This document shows positions 13,226 through 26,350 of a stretch of 64,000 nt of DNA, piece after piece. The notes below the pieces were generated by a model. It saw nothing but the letters and a program-made list of their open reading frames with translations. It made no database searches and was not told the DNA's origin. The translations under genes and the position numbers were made by a program. The stretch is from Octopus vulgaris (lineage: Eukaryota), in NCBI GenBank assembly GCA_951406725.2, contig OX597816.1, positions 113,584,001 to 113,648,000 of the forward strand. The letters are read 5' to 3'. Numbering within the stretch: the first letter of the stretch is position 1; the number at the start of each line of letters is the position of its first letter.

Positions 13226-13526
13226 TCTATAGTTGAAAAAAATATGCCATTTGATGGTCTTACAGTGAGTATTCAGCTATGAATATTAGTTCTGTATATG
13301 TTATAACATGTTATATTTCCGTTTTAATTAAAAAAGAATTCCATGGCTACGCTTGCATCAAATCTTTATGTGCATATGTATAATATGTGGAGGTGGTGCG
13401 GTGTTGATGAAGACCGCCTAAGGATCTTCTGCTTCAATTCAGTCTGCTGTAGCACACATATACACACACAGACACGGAGACACACACACACTGTCTCCTT
13501 TCTCAATATAGGTATGCATATATACA

Positions 13527-13580
<54 letters not shown>

Positions 13581-14839
13581 AGTGCATGTGTGAATGTGTG
13601 TGTATATGTATATATATAATATATAATATACAAACATATATTTATATAAATTTATATGATATACATATATATATGAATATATTTGTGCGTGTGTGTGTAC
13701 TTGTGAATATGTTAATAATTTACATTTATGTACATATGCTTGTAATTTTAAGCATGCACACACACATACACACACACATCCAATTAATTTTAGGGTGCTA
13801 TCATCTCACAATAATAAGAAGTGATTAATGCATACAAGAACTTGCAAGAGCTAATTTCATTTGACACTCTTCCTATAAGAAAACATATTACTGACTATGA
13901 TGAGTAAGAAGACAATTATAATGATGATTTTTTTTTATATATTATACAGATATTTTATATGATTAAAATGTTTTGCTTTAAAGTTGTATATTTTTCTAAA
14001 TCCAGTATAACAAGTAATTTGTTTAAATGGTATTACTCTGAGATTATAAAAATTCTACTATCAAAGTTTCTGGAGAAATTTCAGAAAATTTATAGCTGAG
14101 GAAGTCTTGGATTTTTTTTATTATGCATAAACTAAAAAACAACAGCAATATTTTAATCTAACTTTTCTATTTGAATTCATTTACTGTTGGCATGTAGAGT
14201 AATTATTATTTTTACATGTGCATATATTGAAGTGGTATATACTAATTAAAAGCAGAAATCTTTACTAACCAAAGTATTTAAACAGGATATAAACAAAATT
14301 TTGAATAGCATACAAACCATGATTTTAAACAGAATATAGATATATGGATATTTGTTGGCTTAAAATTTTGACTTACAATTTTGATGCAATAAGTTATATT
14401 GTGCAAATTCCTAATTTTGAGTAACAAGGAATCAGTATCTATCTGTGCTATTCATAATAGTTCTTGTCTGATTATTCCTGCTTTTGATTATTTCTATTTA
14501 TTTAAAATGTCTAGTATTCTGGTTCTGAGTGAGTGTGGCAGGAATCCCACAACTTTTACAAGCTCTGAGATCTCAATAATAAGTACCTCCCAATTCTCTT
14601 CTTACACATTGTGTGAAGCTGCTTATCAAATGATGCTCTGTATTATAATGTATACAATATTTATCTTTTAGTCTTTCTAGACACCATTCACTTTTTCAAG
14701 ATTTTGGACATGAAAAATTAGCAAACAAAAGCCATTTGTCAGTTTATAACCATCTATTTGAACTTCAAGAGCTATTATCAACAGAAAAAATGCTAAATAC
14801 AGAGTTCTGATAGACCCTCATCTGTTACAAAATTCTTAC

Positions 14840-14905
14840 CTGTTTATTAGTTATCCAGTCTCTTGCTTTTGTCTCAACTTTTCCCATAAACTCAGTGTCC
14901 ATACC
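14840..14905 (-). CDS. Putative exon (66 nt; may extend to 14945 through an in-frame TAG)
   Basis: tttgtag| and cag|gtaaga; open GMDTEFMGKVETKARDWITNKQ. A stronger acceptor at 14946 adds IPVSIFSWKVSL* in the same frame. Confidence 0.5.
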
Positions 14906-15799
14906 CTACAAACTTACTTTCCATGAGAATATAGAAACTGGAATTCTGTCATAATTTGACAAAAGTAAAATACATATATGAATTGATATTCATACATAAT
15001 TGATCTTACTGTAAAATTTTGCCCCTGAGATCATTTTTAGCAGCTTGGCATAAGGATCAAACTCACTAGCTTCTATTGATATTTAACTATTCATCAGTCT
15101 TTGCTTGCCTCTTCTTTCCAAACTGACAATAATAATAGTAAAAAACTACTTACTGAAATGTAAACAAATATGAACTGAGGCACAAACTTGTTTGCATAAT
15201 GGTGCTTGATTGTGAGTTATACAGTAATATCTAGAGCACTTGTTACAGTGTGGGCTGTGAATATATAAATATGTGGGCTGTTTCCATTTGCATTTAGTCT
15301 CAAGCTTGGCTTATGATACTCTTGTTATTTCACACTAGTATTTCTTTCAGCTCGTCACATTCTGAATTCAAATCTTGCCATGCTCACTGTCAATCTAACA
15401 TACTTCCAGAATTGATAAAGTAAAGTACCAGTCAAGTACTAAAGCTAATATAATTAACCGATATTCCCCTAGTTTTTGGCATTGTGTCTGTATCAGAAAC
15501 AGTTATTTAATATTAGGAATATAGAGTTATTAGTTTTATTCACTCATGCAAACACAGACTATATCAAATCCAACCTTTGTTGCATTTGCATCACCATATT
15601 TATTTTGGTTCTTTTCAATACTCAAGCATGCAATATGCAAGTATTATTGGAGTTGGCAACTTTCTCTTAAATGTAGCAAAACAAACTAATGAAAATTATA
15701 AAATCTATCCATTCTGATGATTTCAATATCTTAAGATTTCTTCTTGAGGTATTTCTAGCATTAATTGTATAAGTGTTTATGTATAAATAAAGTTCACAA

Positions 15800-16290
15800 T
15801 GTGGAAATAAATCTTTTGCCTTAAGGAGAAGCCTGTAACAAGCTTCAAAACATCTGACACTCAAAAATTTCAAAGGGAAAATAACTTGCCTTCTTCAGGA
15901 CATATGTAGAGAACATTCTTCTCCATGGAGTTGGAATTTGGTAATGAAGAAGGAGCTTCAAGTTTGCCTTTGACTGGGTTTTTCATGTGGGCTCAAAAAT
16001 ATGAGCATAAGACAAAAGAGGTGGTTTATGGACACGTTCCAACCATCTTTGTTGTCATTGCTTACTGCAGAGTAGACTTTGCTCACTACTGCTGTCATGC
16101 TGGAGAACAGGCTATATCAGATGTTATAGTTTGCAGATTTCTACACCCTAATGGAGGAAGACCATTGATCTGCATTGATGTCATTGGCAGAGACACACAA
16201 CATCAAATGGAAGATCTACCAAAGCTAATGGGAGACAGAGATACTTGGCACAGCATTGTGAGATGCTCCTTGATTGTGACTGCTTGCTGA
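15800..16290 (+). mobile_element. RTE/RTEX-type LINE 3' relic
   Basis: ENILLHGVGIW and ...VYGHVPTI..RVDFAHYC..EQAISDVI..GRPL..DVIGRDT..DLPKLMGDRDTW C-terminal motifs. Confidence 0.7.
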
Positions 16291-16298
16291 AGAATATA

Positions 16299-16534
16299 CT
16301 GGTTGACCAAAAGTCACTCGACAGTAAATCAAAATTCTATAGATACTTAATATTCAATTTTATTTATTCATTCCAATTATGAATGTTTAATAATTGAATG
16401 CTGTGAGTTAAAATCACTATTTTTTTTCAACATTTGTCTATTTATTAGCAAAGTCTCATATAAAATAATTTTTTGTTTTAGTCTTTGAATTAAATGGTTT
16501 TGATTTACTGTCAGGTGACTTTGGGCCTATCCTG
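16299..16534. mobile_element. Tc1/mariner-type MITE
   Basis: ~36-bp TIRs (ctggttgaccaaaagtcactcgacagtaaatcaaaa / ttttgatttactgtcaggtgactttgggcctatcctg), TA on both sides. Confidence 0.85.
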
Positions 16535-16542
16535 TATGAATG

Positions 16543-16587
<45 letters not shown>

Positions 16588-17989
16588 TCTTCTGCATTTA
16601 AACATTTAAAAATATACAAATACACACTGTGGGGAATGAGGGAAGAATAAAAAAGTTAAGAGTGGAACTCCTAAATAAATAACCACCAATGATTCCATAG
16701 AGCTCAACAGAAATTTTCAATGAGCCTATGAAGGAGCCTCTCCAGGTAATTGAAATTGCTGGAAATAGTATCCAAATCTCTCTCAAATCAAATCCTATCT
16801 TACAAAGAGACATGTTAGATGATGTGGTTCTATCTTTGCATTTGATAATACATGGTGAAACATCACTAAACTGGATTACAAGTGTATAGAAATGAGCTAT
16901 TAATTTGGAAAGTTTTCAAAATAAACTATCAGCTTCATTTATATTACTTAAATCTGGGTATTTTATGAGCCACATTTTTAGTATTAGTTGGATACAAATG
17001 TTTTTAGGCTATGAAATCCTTTGTTTTTTTTTTAACAATTATTTAATTTTTTTGAAGGTATTTTCTGAATTTTTGATGCTATGCAAAATATGTTGGAATT
17101 GATTATAAATAAATTATATTCTATTTTGAAATGATATGTTAAAAATATATCCAAATAAAATAAATCTCATGTTTTACTGCTGAAATTTAAAAATGCATAC
17201 GTAGAAAGTAAGATTCCAAATTTTGAGCATAATATTTTTTTCTTTTTCCTGTTTTCTTTATTCTGAATTATTAAATTTTCAACACTTTCATAAAATAGAA
17301 GAGAAAGAGAGAAAGAAAATTACAATTGCTTTCCGATTTCATTGTTAGTCGATTATTTAGAAAGCTACATTTAAAAAGTATGAAGTAATTTTGCCACAAA
17401 AATTGTAATAATGACTATTATATAGTTATAAATACACAATAAAGACAAAATTAAAGAAAAATTAATTCCATGGAAATATTGTTTTTATGACCTCAGTTAT
17501 GTTTTTAATTTTCTTTAGATGTTGGGATCATTGTTTGAAATAAAATGATTAAAGCTCTTTGAAGAATGAATTTCATGAAAATTTATACAGTAGGTAGAAT
17601 TGCATACTGGATGTCAATTGAAACTGTTTTTACTTCCCCTTATGTTTTCAATTATTACTTAATGATTTTCATTCCTCCTTTAATGTATTCTTTGAAAATA
17701 TATTCTTAAATATTATAAATACTAATTTAAACAGCTGTGTAATTGCTTGTAAAGGAATAGCATATAATGGTTTTATTTCAAATTAACTTTTTTTTTTTAA
17801 TTAAAAGTTTTTCTTAGCCGATTTTAGAGCAGATAAAATCTTTTTAATGGAAATTGCTATGTGTTCATTAAGTAGGAGTTATAGCATAGAATTCAATATA
17901 AAACTGGCTTTTCAGTATTTTATAAAATGGTTGTTATACACTGAGATTAACATATCTTATTACATCTCATCCCCTCTTCTTTGCTCACA

Positions 17990-18560
17990 TATTCCTGAGA
18001 GCGTTGTGGAGTAAAGTCCTCAAGCATACCTTTCATGGGTCCTGTCTGAAGTATCTGTCTCTGACTGATCTGGCAATTGAGCTCATGGCTATTATCCAAC
18101 CATCATGCTTGTAGTCTATCCATGGGTCTCCTGCTGGTTGGTTTTTGCCCATAAAACCTGTCCAGCAATTCTTTCTCGAGACATTCTTACCACATGTCTA
18201 TAGTATCAAAGCTCTGATCTCTCAATCTGGAGAAACAGTAGTTCTACCTAAGTACTTCTCTAATTACATACTCTATCAAATAACATTACTCTAAAGACTC
18301 TTTGGAGGAACTCCATTTTGGTCACTTGTATTTGTGATTGTCTTCTTTTGGTCATTACCCAAGATTCATGACCATAAGTAAGGGTAAGTGCAAACACTGA
18401 ACTGAGGGTAACAAGCTTGGGTTTTACACCTACCTTCCTTCCTCTAATAACTGAATGTTAAGGCTGAATTAAGTGCAAGAATTGCAGGACCTGGTGCAAT
18501 AAAGTGCCAGCTCCAGATTAACACATTTCTTGGAAATTCTCATTCAAGAGATCCTGCTAT
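17990..18560 (-). mobile_element. RTE (Rex3/Expander-like) LINE relic
   Basis: Minus translation SVFALTLTYGHESWVMTKRRQSQIQVTKMEFLQRV...LLFLQIERSEL*YYRHVVRM. Confidence 0.75.
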
Positions 18561-18974
18561 AAATTTTCCACAAGTTACATTGTGTTTCTCATAGGTTATT
18601 GGTCAAAGTTTTTTTTTGTTTTCTCTTCAATGTGACTCAAAATAGAAATGGATTGTATATGATAACCAAATTTGTTATTGAAATTTTTATTGCCCAGTTT
18701 ATTCTCTAAAACATTATAACTGCTAAAATTTCTTAAAGGAAATTAAATTTTAAATGTTTACTTATAGTCTTCAATTTTTTAATGATCAAAATATAAGCAA
18801 CACTATGAGATTTTCTAACTCTAAAATTAAACAATAAATCCATACTGAAGAGAAAAATGGGAAATAATTCTAATGCAATCATCAGTATTATATTACCTTT
18901 ATTATTCTGTATAATTGAAAGTTAGAAATGAAGTCTTTTTTTATAATTTTCAAGTAATGTCTTGCACCCACTCT

Positions 18975-19290
18975 CATCATCATCATCCTTTATTTTTCAT
19001 TCACTTTTTTATGTCTGCATAAGCCAAGCAAAATTTTCTATGACCATGTGCTCTTCCTCACCCAATCTTCTATTTTATAGGGAGGTAATGTTTTCTCATT
19101 GTCAGACTTATTTTTACAGGAGACTCTATATAAAATACTCTGCTTGTATGATGGTGACTCTCATTTATAACTATCCTGTGATGTTAAGATAACAGGACAC
19201 AAACACACATACACACAGCACATAAGTTTCTCTCTGTCATATCCACTCATAAGGTGATAACTATAGCAAAAGACACTTGCTTAAGATGCC
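18975..19290 (-). mobile_element. Degenerate SINE A variant with RTE-like tail
   Basis: Same module order as 53780-54245. Confidence 0.5.
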
Positions 19291-21101
19291 AAAAAAATGT
19301 TATGTTTTAAATGATCAAACTTCAGATAAAATCCCATTGAAGATATGATGATTACTTGTAGAAATGCTAAGGAAATGGTTTTTTTCTTCAGATACTTCCT
19401 TGTTTTAGGTCTTGGCAGCTAATGAACAATCATAATAACCAATCTAATCCATGGAAAACATAGACAACAAACCTGATGGATATTAAAGATATTGTTATGA
19501 TGATGAAACCTTTCAAAAGCTCAAAGTATTTGCTGATCTTTTAACTATTAGTATCAACTATGTGTATTACTTTTTAACAGTTAATAACAGAAAAAGCAAC
19601 TTTGAATTTTTTCTTTTCCATAATTAATGGTATTATTGTCACATAAAGAAGATACAATTAAATTGATCAATAAGCTGAACAAAATTTATAGGTCTTCCCT
19701 CCTTATCTTATAAGAAATATATTGGAAATATTCATAACAGAGATTAAAAAATAGCATACTCATGAATAAAAATAATAATAATAAAATGCAGTAAGCTATT
19801 TGTAATCATTTAATGGCTGTAAAGTCAAATAATGCTTGTAAATAGCTAGATGAAGAAATTAAAGAAAAATGAAACATTGTAAGAATCATAAATTCCTTTG
19901 AGCATTTATGAATTCAATATAAAGTGATCTATTTGGATTGTATTAATTAATTGTTTTTTCTAAATTTCTAAAATAAGTAAATATACTTTTCAAAACTTTG
20001 AATATTTTATTTTTTTAAATATCATCTAAATGTATTTTCTTTCTTATTTCATAAATGGTTTTAATGAAGATTTAACATATTGTTATAATATATAAAAAGT
20101 ATTAATGACCATAGATAGATGACATAAAACAACAAAGAGTGAAATGAACAATTTATTTTGAATATATTTGAATGAATTTAAAATTGAACTCGATACTTAT
20201 GTACAACATCAAAAATTTATACAGACAATGATATTTGGAAAAACCATATACTAACTAATAATTATTTCCTTTGACCAGGTATTACCTCTAAACTATTTTC
20301 TGACTACAACATATCTCACTTTTTAAATGAATCTTCTTTTAGAATTGAAACAGAAAATATTTTCTTTCTATTCAGAAAATCTATTTTAGGGATGTAATAT
20401 GGTTTAATTAGATAAACAATATAAGGAAAGTATAATTTAGAAAGAAAGCTAACATATTGTTAGCTTTAGAAAACAGAATACAACATTTAAAAAAAAGTAA
20501 ATTGAATAAATAAGTTATAAATATAGTGTGCAGAAAGGCTAGCAATGAAAAATGTTTATTTTAAAGAAAGGTGAAAAAAAAAAAGAAAAAGTGGGAAGGA
20601 GATACATTTCTTATTGACTAAAACAAACAGTGCATTTTGTAAAATAAAAACAAAATAAAATGGCAACGAATGCAGGTAAGAATAGATTACAACAACTATA
20701 AATGGGGTTAAAATCAGTCAATATTCTCTTTTTAGAAATTTCTATTGAATGAGAAAGTTTGGAGAAACTATGTCAACAAAATATAAAATACTAATGGCAA
20801 ATTATTTTTGAAAAACTTTCTTAAGCTGATAAATACATTTTTCTTCTGTAGAAAGCTTGATATAAAAATAAGTTTTAGCACAGTCAATTTAGTATTTTTA
20901 TACTTAGACAGTAGTTTGGATTTGGAATATACAAATCAACAACATTTCATGACTGCTCTGTAGCACACATGAGTATAGTTAGAGATTAATTGTTATTTAG
21001 TTGAAGTAGTAATCTCTGGCTGATGGTACTAATCTTGAGAAAATTGCCATTAAGATTTTCATAACTAATTTAAATGTATTGTATTAATTTATTTCATATA
21101 T

Positions 21102-21283
21102 AGGCATAGGAGTGGCGCTTACCAACCACATGGTTCTGGGTTTAGTCCCACTGTGTGGCACCTTGGGCAAGTGTCTTCTACTATAGCCTCGGGCCAACCA
21201 AAGCCTTGTGAGTGGATTTGGTAGATGGAAACTGAAAGAAGCCCGTCGTATATATGAATATATATATATGTGTGTGTGTGTAT
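21102..21283 (+). mobile_element. SINE family A, 5' half
   Basis: ggcataggagtggc...catggttctgggtttagtccc...ccttgggcaagtgtc (tRNA head plus CORE-like box). Confidence 0.85.
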
Positions 21284-21288
21284 GTAGA

Positions 21289-21498
21289 GGCTCATGGCTT
21301 AGTGGTTATGGTGTCAGCATCATGATCATAAGATTGCAGGCGACGTGTTGTGTTCTTGAGCAAAACACTTCATTTCATGTTGCTCCAGTTCACTCAGCTG
21401 GCAAAAATGAGTAATACTGTGATGGACTGGTGTCCCGTCCAGCTGAGGAACACATACGCCATAGAAACCAGGAAACCGGGCCCATGAGCCTGGCTAGG

Positions 21499-21502
<4 letters not shown>
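21289..21502 (+). mobile_element. SINE family C (tRNA head, V-domain-like gatggactggtgtcccgtccag)
   Basis: tggcttagtggtta A box; related copies at 35820-36080 (-) and 59778-59920 (+). Confidence 0.7.
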
Positions 21503-21539
<37 letters not shown>

Positions 21540-21570
21540 TTTGAGGAAATACTAAATCAAATTTCACACA

Positions 21571-21613
<43 letters not shown>

Positions 21614-21639
21614 ACACATGCATATATATCCTGTTTTCT

Positions 21640-23126
21640 TCATTGATAGGGTTCAAACAATGTTGTTTTTGTTACTCAGTTCATGAGATGACTAGAGTAT
21701 CATATTTTCTGTTGTAGAGTTCATGCTAGGTTCGTGCAAATCCATTTTGGTTTTGTCCAATATGACACACTCAGCCAATTTCATTGATCTCTTGCTTGTT
21801 CTCCAACTCTTAAGATCAAATGTGTATGAATGTGATTGTGAACCTTACTTCTTAATCACATAGAAATAATCCTCTTGTTTCTGAAGAAATAATATCTTGT
21901 GAAAATATTTATTGATGTGTGAGACTGGCTTTTTAGCTGTGTTCTCTCACCTAATGTGTTGGTCTTGATATGTTTTCAGTACACGAAGACAGAGAATCCA
22001 AAATATTCTTAGTTGTGATAATTTCACTTTTATTATTGGAAAGTGCTGAATGCTGCATTTCCAATTTATCAAATAATGTAATAACTAAAAATTTTGAATA
22101 CATTGACAAAAGGTTATACCATGAAAGGCTTGATGATAATGTTAAACATTTGTTGTGTTTGATGGTGGAGTCAAATATTTGCTGTGCATGTTAGAGTTAA
22201 ATATTAGCTGTGCTTGATGGTAGAATGAAATATTTGTTGTGCTTAGGTACTTTGAGGTCATTGCATCTTTTCTCTGGAGATGGTAACCAAGTTGAAATTT
22301 GTGCTTTTCATTTTACCAAGGAAGGGATTTGAATAGAGGATCTACCTTCTACTCTTGCCAGTTCTGGAGAAAATTTATTTGAAATCAATTATGATTGAGA
22401 TTAGGGCATAGCACCAGTGTAATTCTTTCAGTAATGTTTTCTATAGCTTGTTGAGCTGCACTCTTGAAACAAGTGAATACTAAAAAAAGGTTACAGGCAG
22501 TTTGAATGTTAACATTTACTCAATATCTTTTAAATTCAAAATTAGCGTCATCAAAATACCTCCAGTTACCTTCATTTGTGAGTGAGGGCAGCTGATAGAC
22601 AAAGTTCTATCAAAAACCAATCACATTTATTTTCCTTAAAGTTCCTCGGTTATATATCTAGTATCTATGCTTAACTCTGATCCCAATAGATGCTAGCAAT
22701 TTACATGAAACTCTTCAAACATGATGGCTCAGCTAATCAAACATGCACATAATATGTAGTGGATAATGATGACCATCTTTCATATTCTTTTTTGCTGCTG
22801 GTGTACTGTGATATGTTGAAAAGTAGATAATACAAGTGAGATCACTGATTAGGATAGCTGTATGGATTGGTTTACCTTTGACTGTTGTTAAAGTAAACCA
22901 ATCAGTATTACAGTTCCAAAGAATAGGATGTAAAAAATTTAAGTGAAACTGGAAAATGAAGATACAGAGTATAGTGCTTAGGGAAAGATCTTTGGAAGCT
23001 GGACGTCAAGGGAGCATAATTTGTGGTATTATTTCTAATAATACCACAAATAATGAAAGGAATGAATACTGAGATGCCATCTTGATATTAGTCTGATTAA
23101 GTTTGTAATGGTGATCATAACGATGA
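21640..23126 (-). pseudogene. Possible long decayed exon or coding relic
   Basis: Pyrimidine-rich acceptor ctacacaattacag|, then ~130 codons with a single stop (FHRYDHHYKLNQTNIKMASQY...), followed by S/T/N-rich frames with scattered stops. Identity unknown. Confidence 0.3.
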
Positions 23127-23920
23127 AACTGTAATTGTGTAGGATAGATAAGAAAATAGGATTTTTTATTTATAGCATTGTCATGTTATTTTAACTTGTG
23201 AGCCCCGTTCATTATTTCAGTGTAAATTTTCTATGACACACTTCTGCTCAAAATAAATGCTAATTAAATTAGTACAGATTTCCAATGAATTTCCAGATTT
23301 TCAGACATGCACTGATGTGCGTGTGTGTGTGCGCACACGCGTGCGTGTGTGTGTGCATGCATGTGTGTGCATGCACATGTGTGTGCATGTGTGTTAATGT
23401 TTGCTTTCATATTCAGTCATAATTCAAAGAATTTTACATTAATCTGATGGGTTACTCTATACTGTTGTGGAGTACAAATTTATTATTCCTATACAAGAAT
23501 ATTATTGACAGTGATTTCGAAGTTTCAGCCAGTTAAGCTATCATTGGTCTGTGATGCATTGAACTTAATCTTAGCTTATATTGGCTTGATTAATTTGAAA
23601 TCTTCTATGGGTGTGAGGGTTTAACTGGAGTTGTAATTACGTTTTAGGTTGGATTGCTATGAAGAGGTGCTTTCAAAAGATTTTTATTGATTAAATTAGG
23701 GATTATGTTTAGAATTTATTCATATATGTGAAGCTTTGTAAGCAAGTATGAATATTTTAGTGTGTCCATTTTGGTAGGTTGGTATAGGAAGTGTTAGTAG
23801 TTTTAGTTATTTTGAATTTTATTGGATTTTGAGACTTATTGCATTGACTTTGCAATGGTCAATAGTACAAAGTTTAATCCAGTATTTAAAAAATTATAAT
23901 TAGATATTTTAAATTTTTTT

Positions 23921-24120
23921 ATTCTTTTACTTGTTTCAGTCAGTTGACTGTGGCCATGCTGGAGCCCCATCTTTAGTTGAAGAATTCAGCCCCAGGACAT
24001 ATTCTTTGTAAGCCTAGTACTTATTCTCTCGGTCTTTTGCCGAACCGCTAAGTTACGGGGATGTAGGCACACCAGCATCAGTTGTCAAGCGATGGTGGGG
24101 GAACAAACACAGACACACCA

Positions 24121-24152
<32 letters not shown>

Positions 24153-24320
24153 ACATACGACAGGCTTCTTTCAGTTTCCGTCTACCAAATCCACCCACAA
24201 AGTTTTGGTCGACTCTAGGCCATAGTAGAAGATACTTGTCCAAGGTGCCACGCAGTGGGACTGAACTCGGAACCATGTGACTGGTAAGCAAGCTACTTAC
24301 CACACAGCCACTCCTATGCC
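23921..24320 (-). mobile_element. SINE family A, full length
   Basis: tRNA-like head, CORE-like box, central (CA)n and gtaaaagaat tail all present. Confidence 0.9.
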
Positions 24321-24335
24321 TATATATATAATGTG

Positions 24336-24386
<51 letters not shown>

Positions 24387-24390
24387 ATGA

Positions 24391-24595
24391 AGGTGGTGAG
24401 CTGGTAGAATTGTTATCATGCTAGACAAAATGTTTAGCAGCATTTTGTCCATCTTTATATTCTGAGTTCAAATTCTGTGGAGGTCGACTTTGCCTTTCAT
24501 CCTTTCAGGGTCAATGAAATAAGTACCAGTTGACTACTGGGGTTGATGTAATTCACTTCTCTAGAATTGCTGGCTTTGTGTCAAAATTTGAAATC
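24391..24595 (+). mobile_element. SINE family B
   Basis: aggtggtgagctggtag...gagttcaaat...gcctttcatcctttcagggtc. Confidence 0.85.
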
Positions 24596-24894
24596 CGTGT
24601 GTGTGTGTAAGTGTTTTTCTCTAGTAGTTTCCTGTTTGATTTTGTTTTGTGCTATGGGGTATAATTTTTTGCAACAGCTTCATGTTGTAAATGCATGGTG
24701 GGACTGTTGATGTATGAAGCTAATCATCTTTGGCAGGAAAGTTTATATGAATTCAGCCAGTACATTAGAAACAACACAGCCACCAAATATATTCAGTTCT
24801 TGAAAATGATACTGTACAAATCTGGAGACCACAACTATGAATTTAAGAACTTTAATCTTCCAAACTAACAGTAAAAAGCAGAAAATTCAAGTAA

Positions 24895-25290
24895 GATGTG
24901 GCTGTGTTGTAAGAAGCTTGCTTCCCAACCACATGATTCTAGGTTCAGTTTCATCGGGTGGCACCTTGAGCAAGTGTCTTCTACTATTTCCTCATGCTGA
25001 CCGAAACCTTGTGAGTGGATTGGGTAGAGGGAAACTGAAAGAAACCCATCATTATATATATATATATGCATGCATATATCTATATGAGTGTGTCTGTGTT
25101 TGTCCCTCACCACTGCTTGGCAACCAGTGTTGATGTGTTTATGTCACATCAGCACTCAGCGATTTGACAAAAGTACTAGGCTTAAAAAAATAAGTCTTGG
25201 ATTTGATTTGTTTGACTAAAACCTTTCAAAGCTGTTCCCCTGCTTAGCCGCAGTCAAATGATTGAAACATGTAAAAGATAAAAAGATAAA
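24895..25290 (+). mobile_element. SINE family A
   Basis: Full-length diverged copy. Confidence 0.85.
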
Positions 25291-25332
25291 ACTTGAACAT
25301 AGTTGCATTATTAATGAAACAGCTATAAAATA

Positions 25333-25598
25333 GGCACAGGAGTGGCTGTGTGGTAAGAAGGTTTCTTCCCAACCACATGGTTCTGGATACAAGTGTCTTC
25401 TATTATAGCCTTGTGAGTGGATTTGGTAGATGGAAACTGAAAGAAACCCATCGTATATATATATAGGAAAATGTGTTGCTGAAAATGCATTTAAATTTCA
25501 AAAACTCGTGAATGTTTAAAATACAGAAAATGCACTTAAATTTCAACAACACATTTTCCTATATATTTTTTCCTGCATGGAAACACCACTCCCTCTTT

Positions 25599-25645
<47 letters not shown>

Positions 25646-25885
25646 CGCATATATTTACATGTGTGTGCCATTGTGTCTGTGTTTGTACCCCCCCACCATC
25701 ACTTGACAACTGATGTTGGTGTGTTTATGTCCCCAAAACTTAGTTTTTCGGCAAAAGAGTTCAATAGAATAAGTACTAGGCTTACAAAGAATAAGTCCTG
25801 GGGTTGATTTCTTTGACTAAAGGTGGTGGTTCAGTATGGCTGCAGTCAAACGACTGAAACAAGTAAAAGAGTAAAGGAGTAAAAA
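25333..25885 (+). mobile_element. SINE family A with a nested MITE
   Basis: Head, partly deleted body and tail are present; interrupted within the (TA)n tract. Confidence 0.8.
25466..25559. mobile_element. 94-bp MITE
   Basis: 19-bp TIRs ggaaaatgtgttgctgaaa / tttcaacaacacattttcc (1 mismatch), TA-flanked. Confidence 0.7.
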
Positions 25886-26350
25886 GAAAAGTTGTCCTCC
25901 ATGTTTACAAACATGAAATTACATGATACAACAGTAAAAAATGTGAAGTGTATGATGGAATTCAGAGGGATATTGATTGAATGGCAAATACATGCAACAA
26001 CTTAAGAGATTGAAAATATAGATGCCGAAATCATGTAGTTAAAAAAAGAAACTGATGAAAAAGTGGTAACATATTAAACAATGTAGAAACAGTCCTTGAT
26101 ATAATACAGAATACACTCTCTATATATATTACATACAATAATAGAAAGAAAGCTAAGCAAACTATACAAAATAAAAAATCACTCTGTCCATACATGAGAA
26201 TAAATTCATTAATTTATCAAAATATACACTTAACATCAACCAAATCACAATCCTTAACTCAATACCAACTTTTCACCTACTACCTAAATATGATTAAAGT
26301 AAGTTGAAATCAAACTACTGTAGCAAGACTTTAAAAACTTTAAAAAAAAA

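Noticed and set aside
16600-16900. Coding-like stretch
   Set aside because: No recognisable motif or splice boundaries on either strand.
20660-20675. AAAATGG...CAG|gtaaga possible plus-strand first exon
   Set aside because: Only 16 nt and no supported partner exons; expected by chance.
26052-26095. CTGATGA...GAAACAGTC hammerhead-like spacing
   Set aside because: Stems I and II do not pair.
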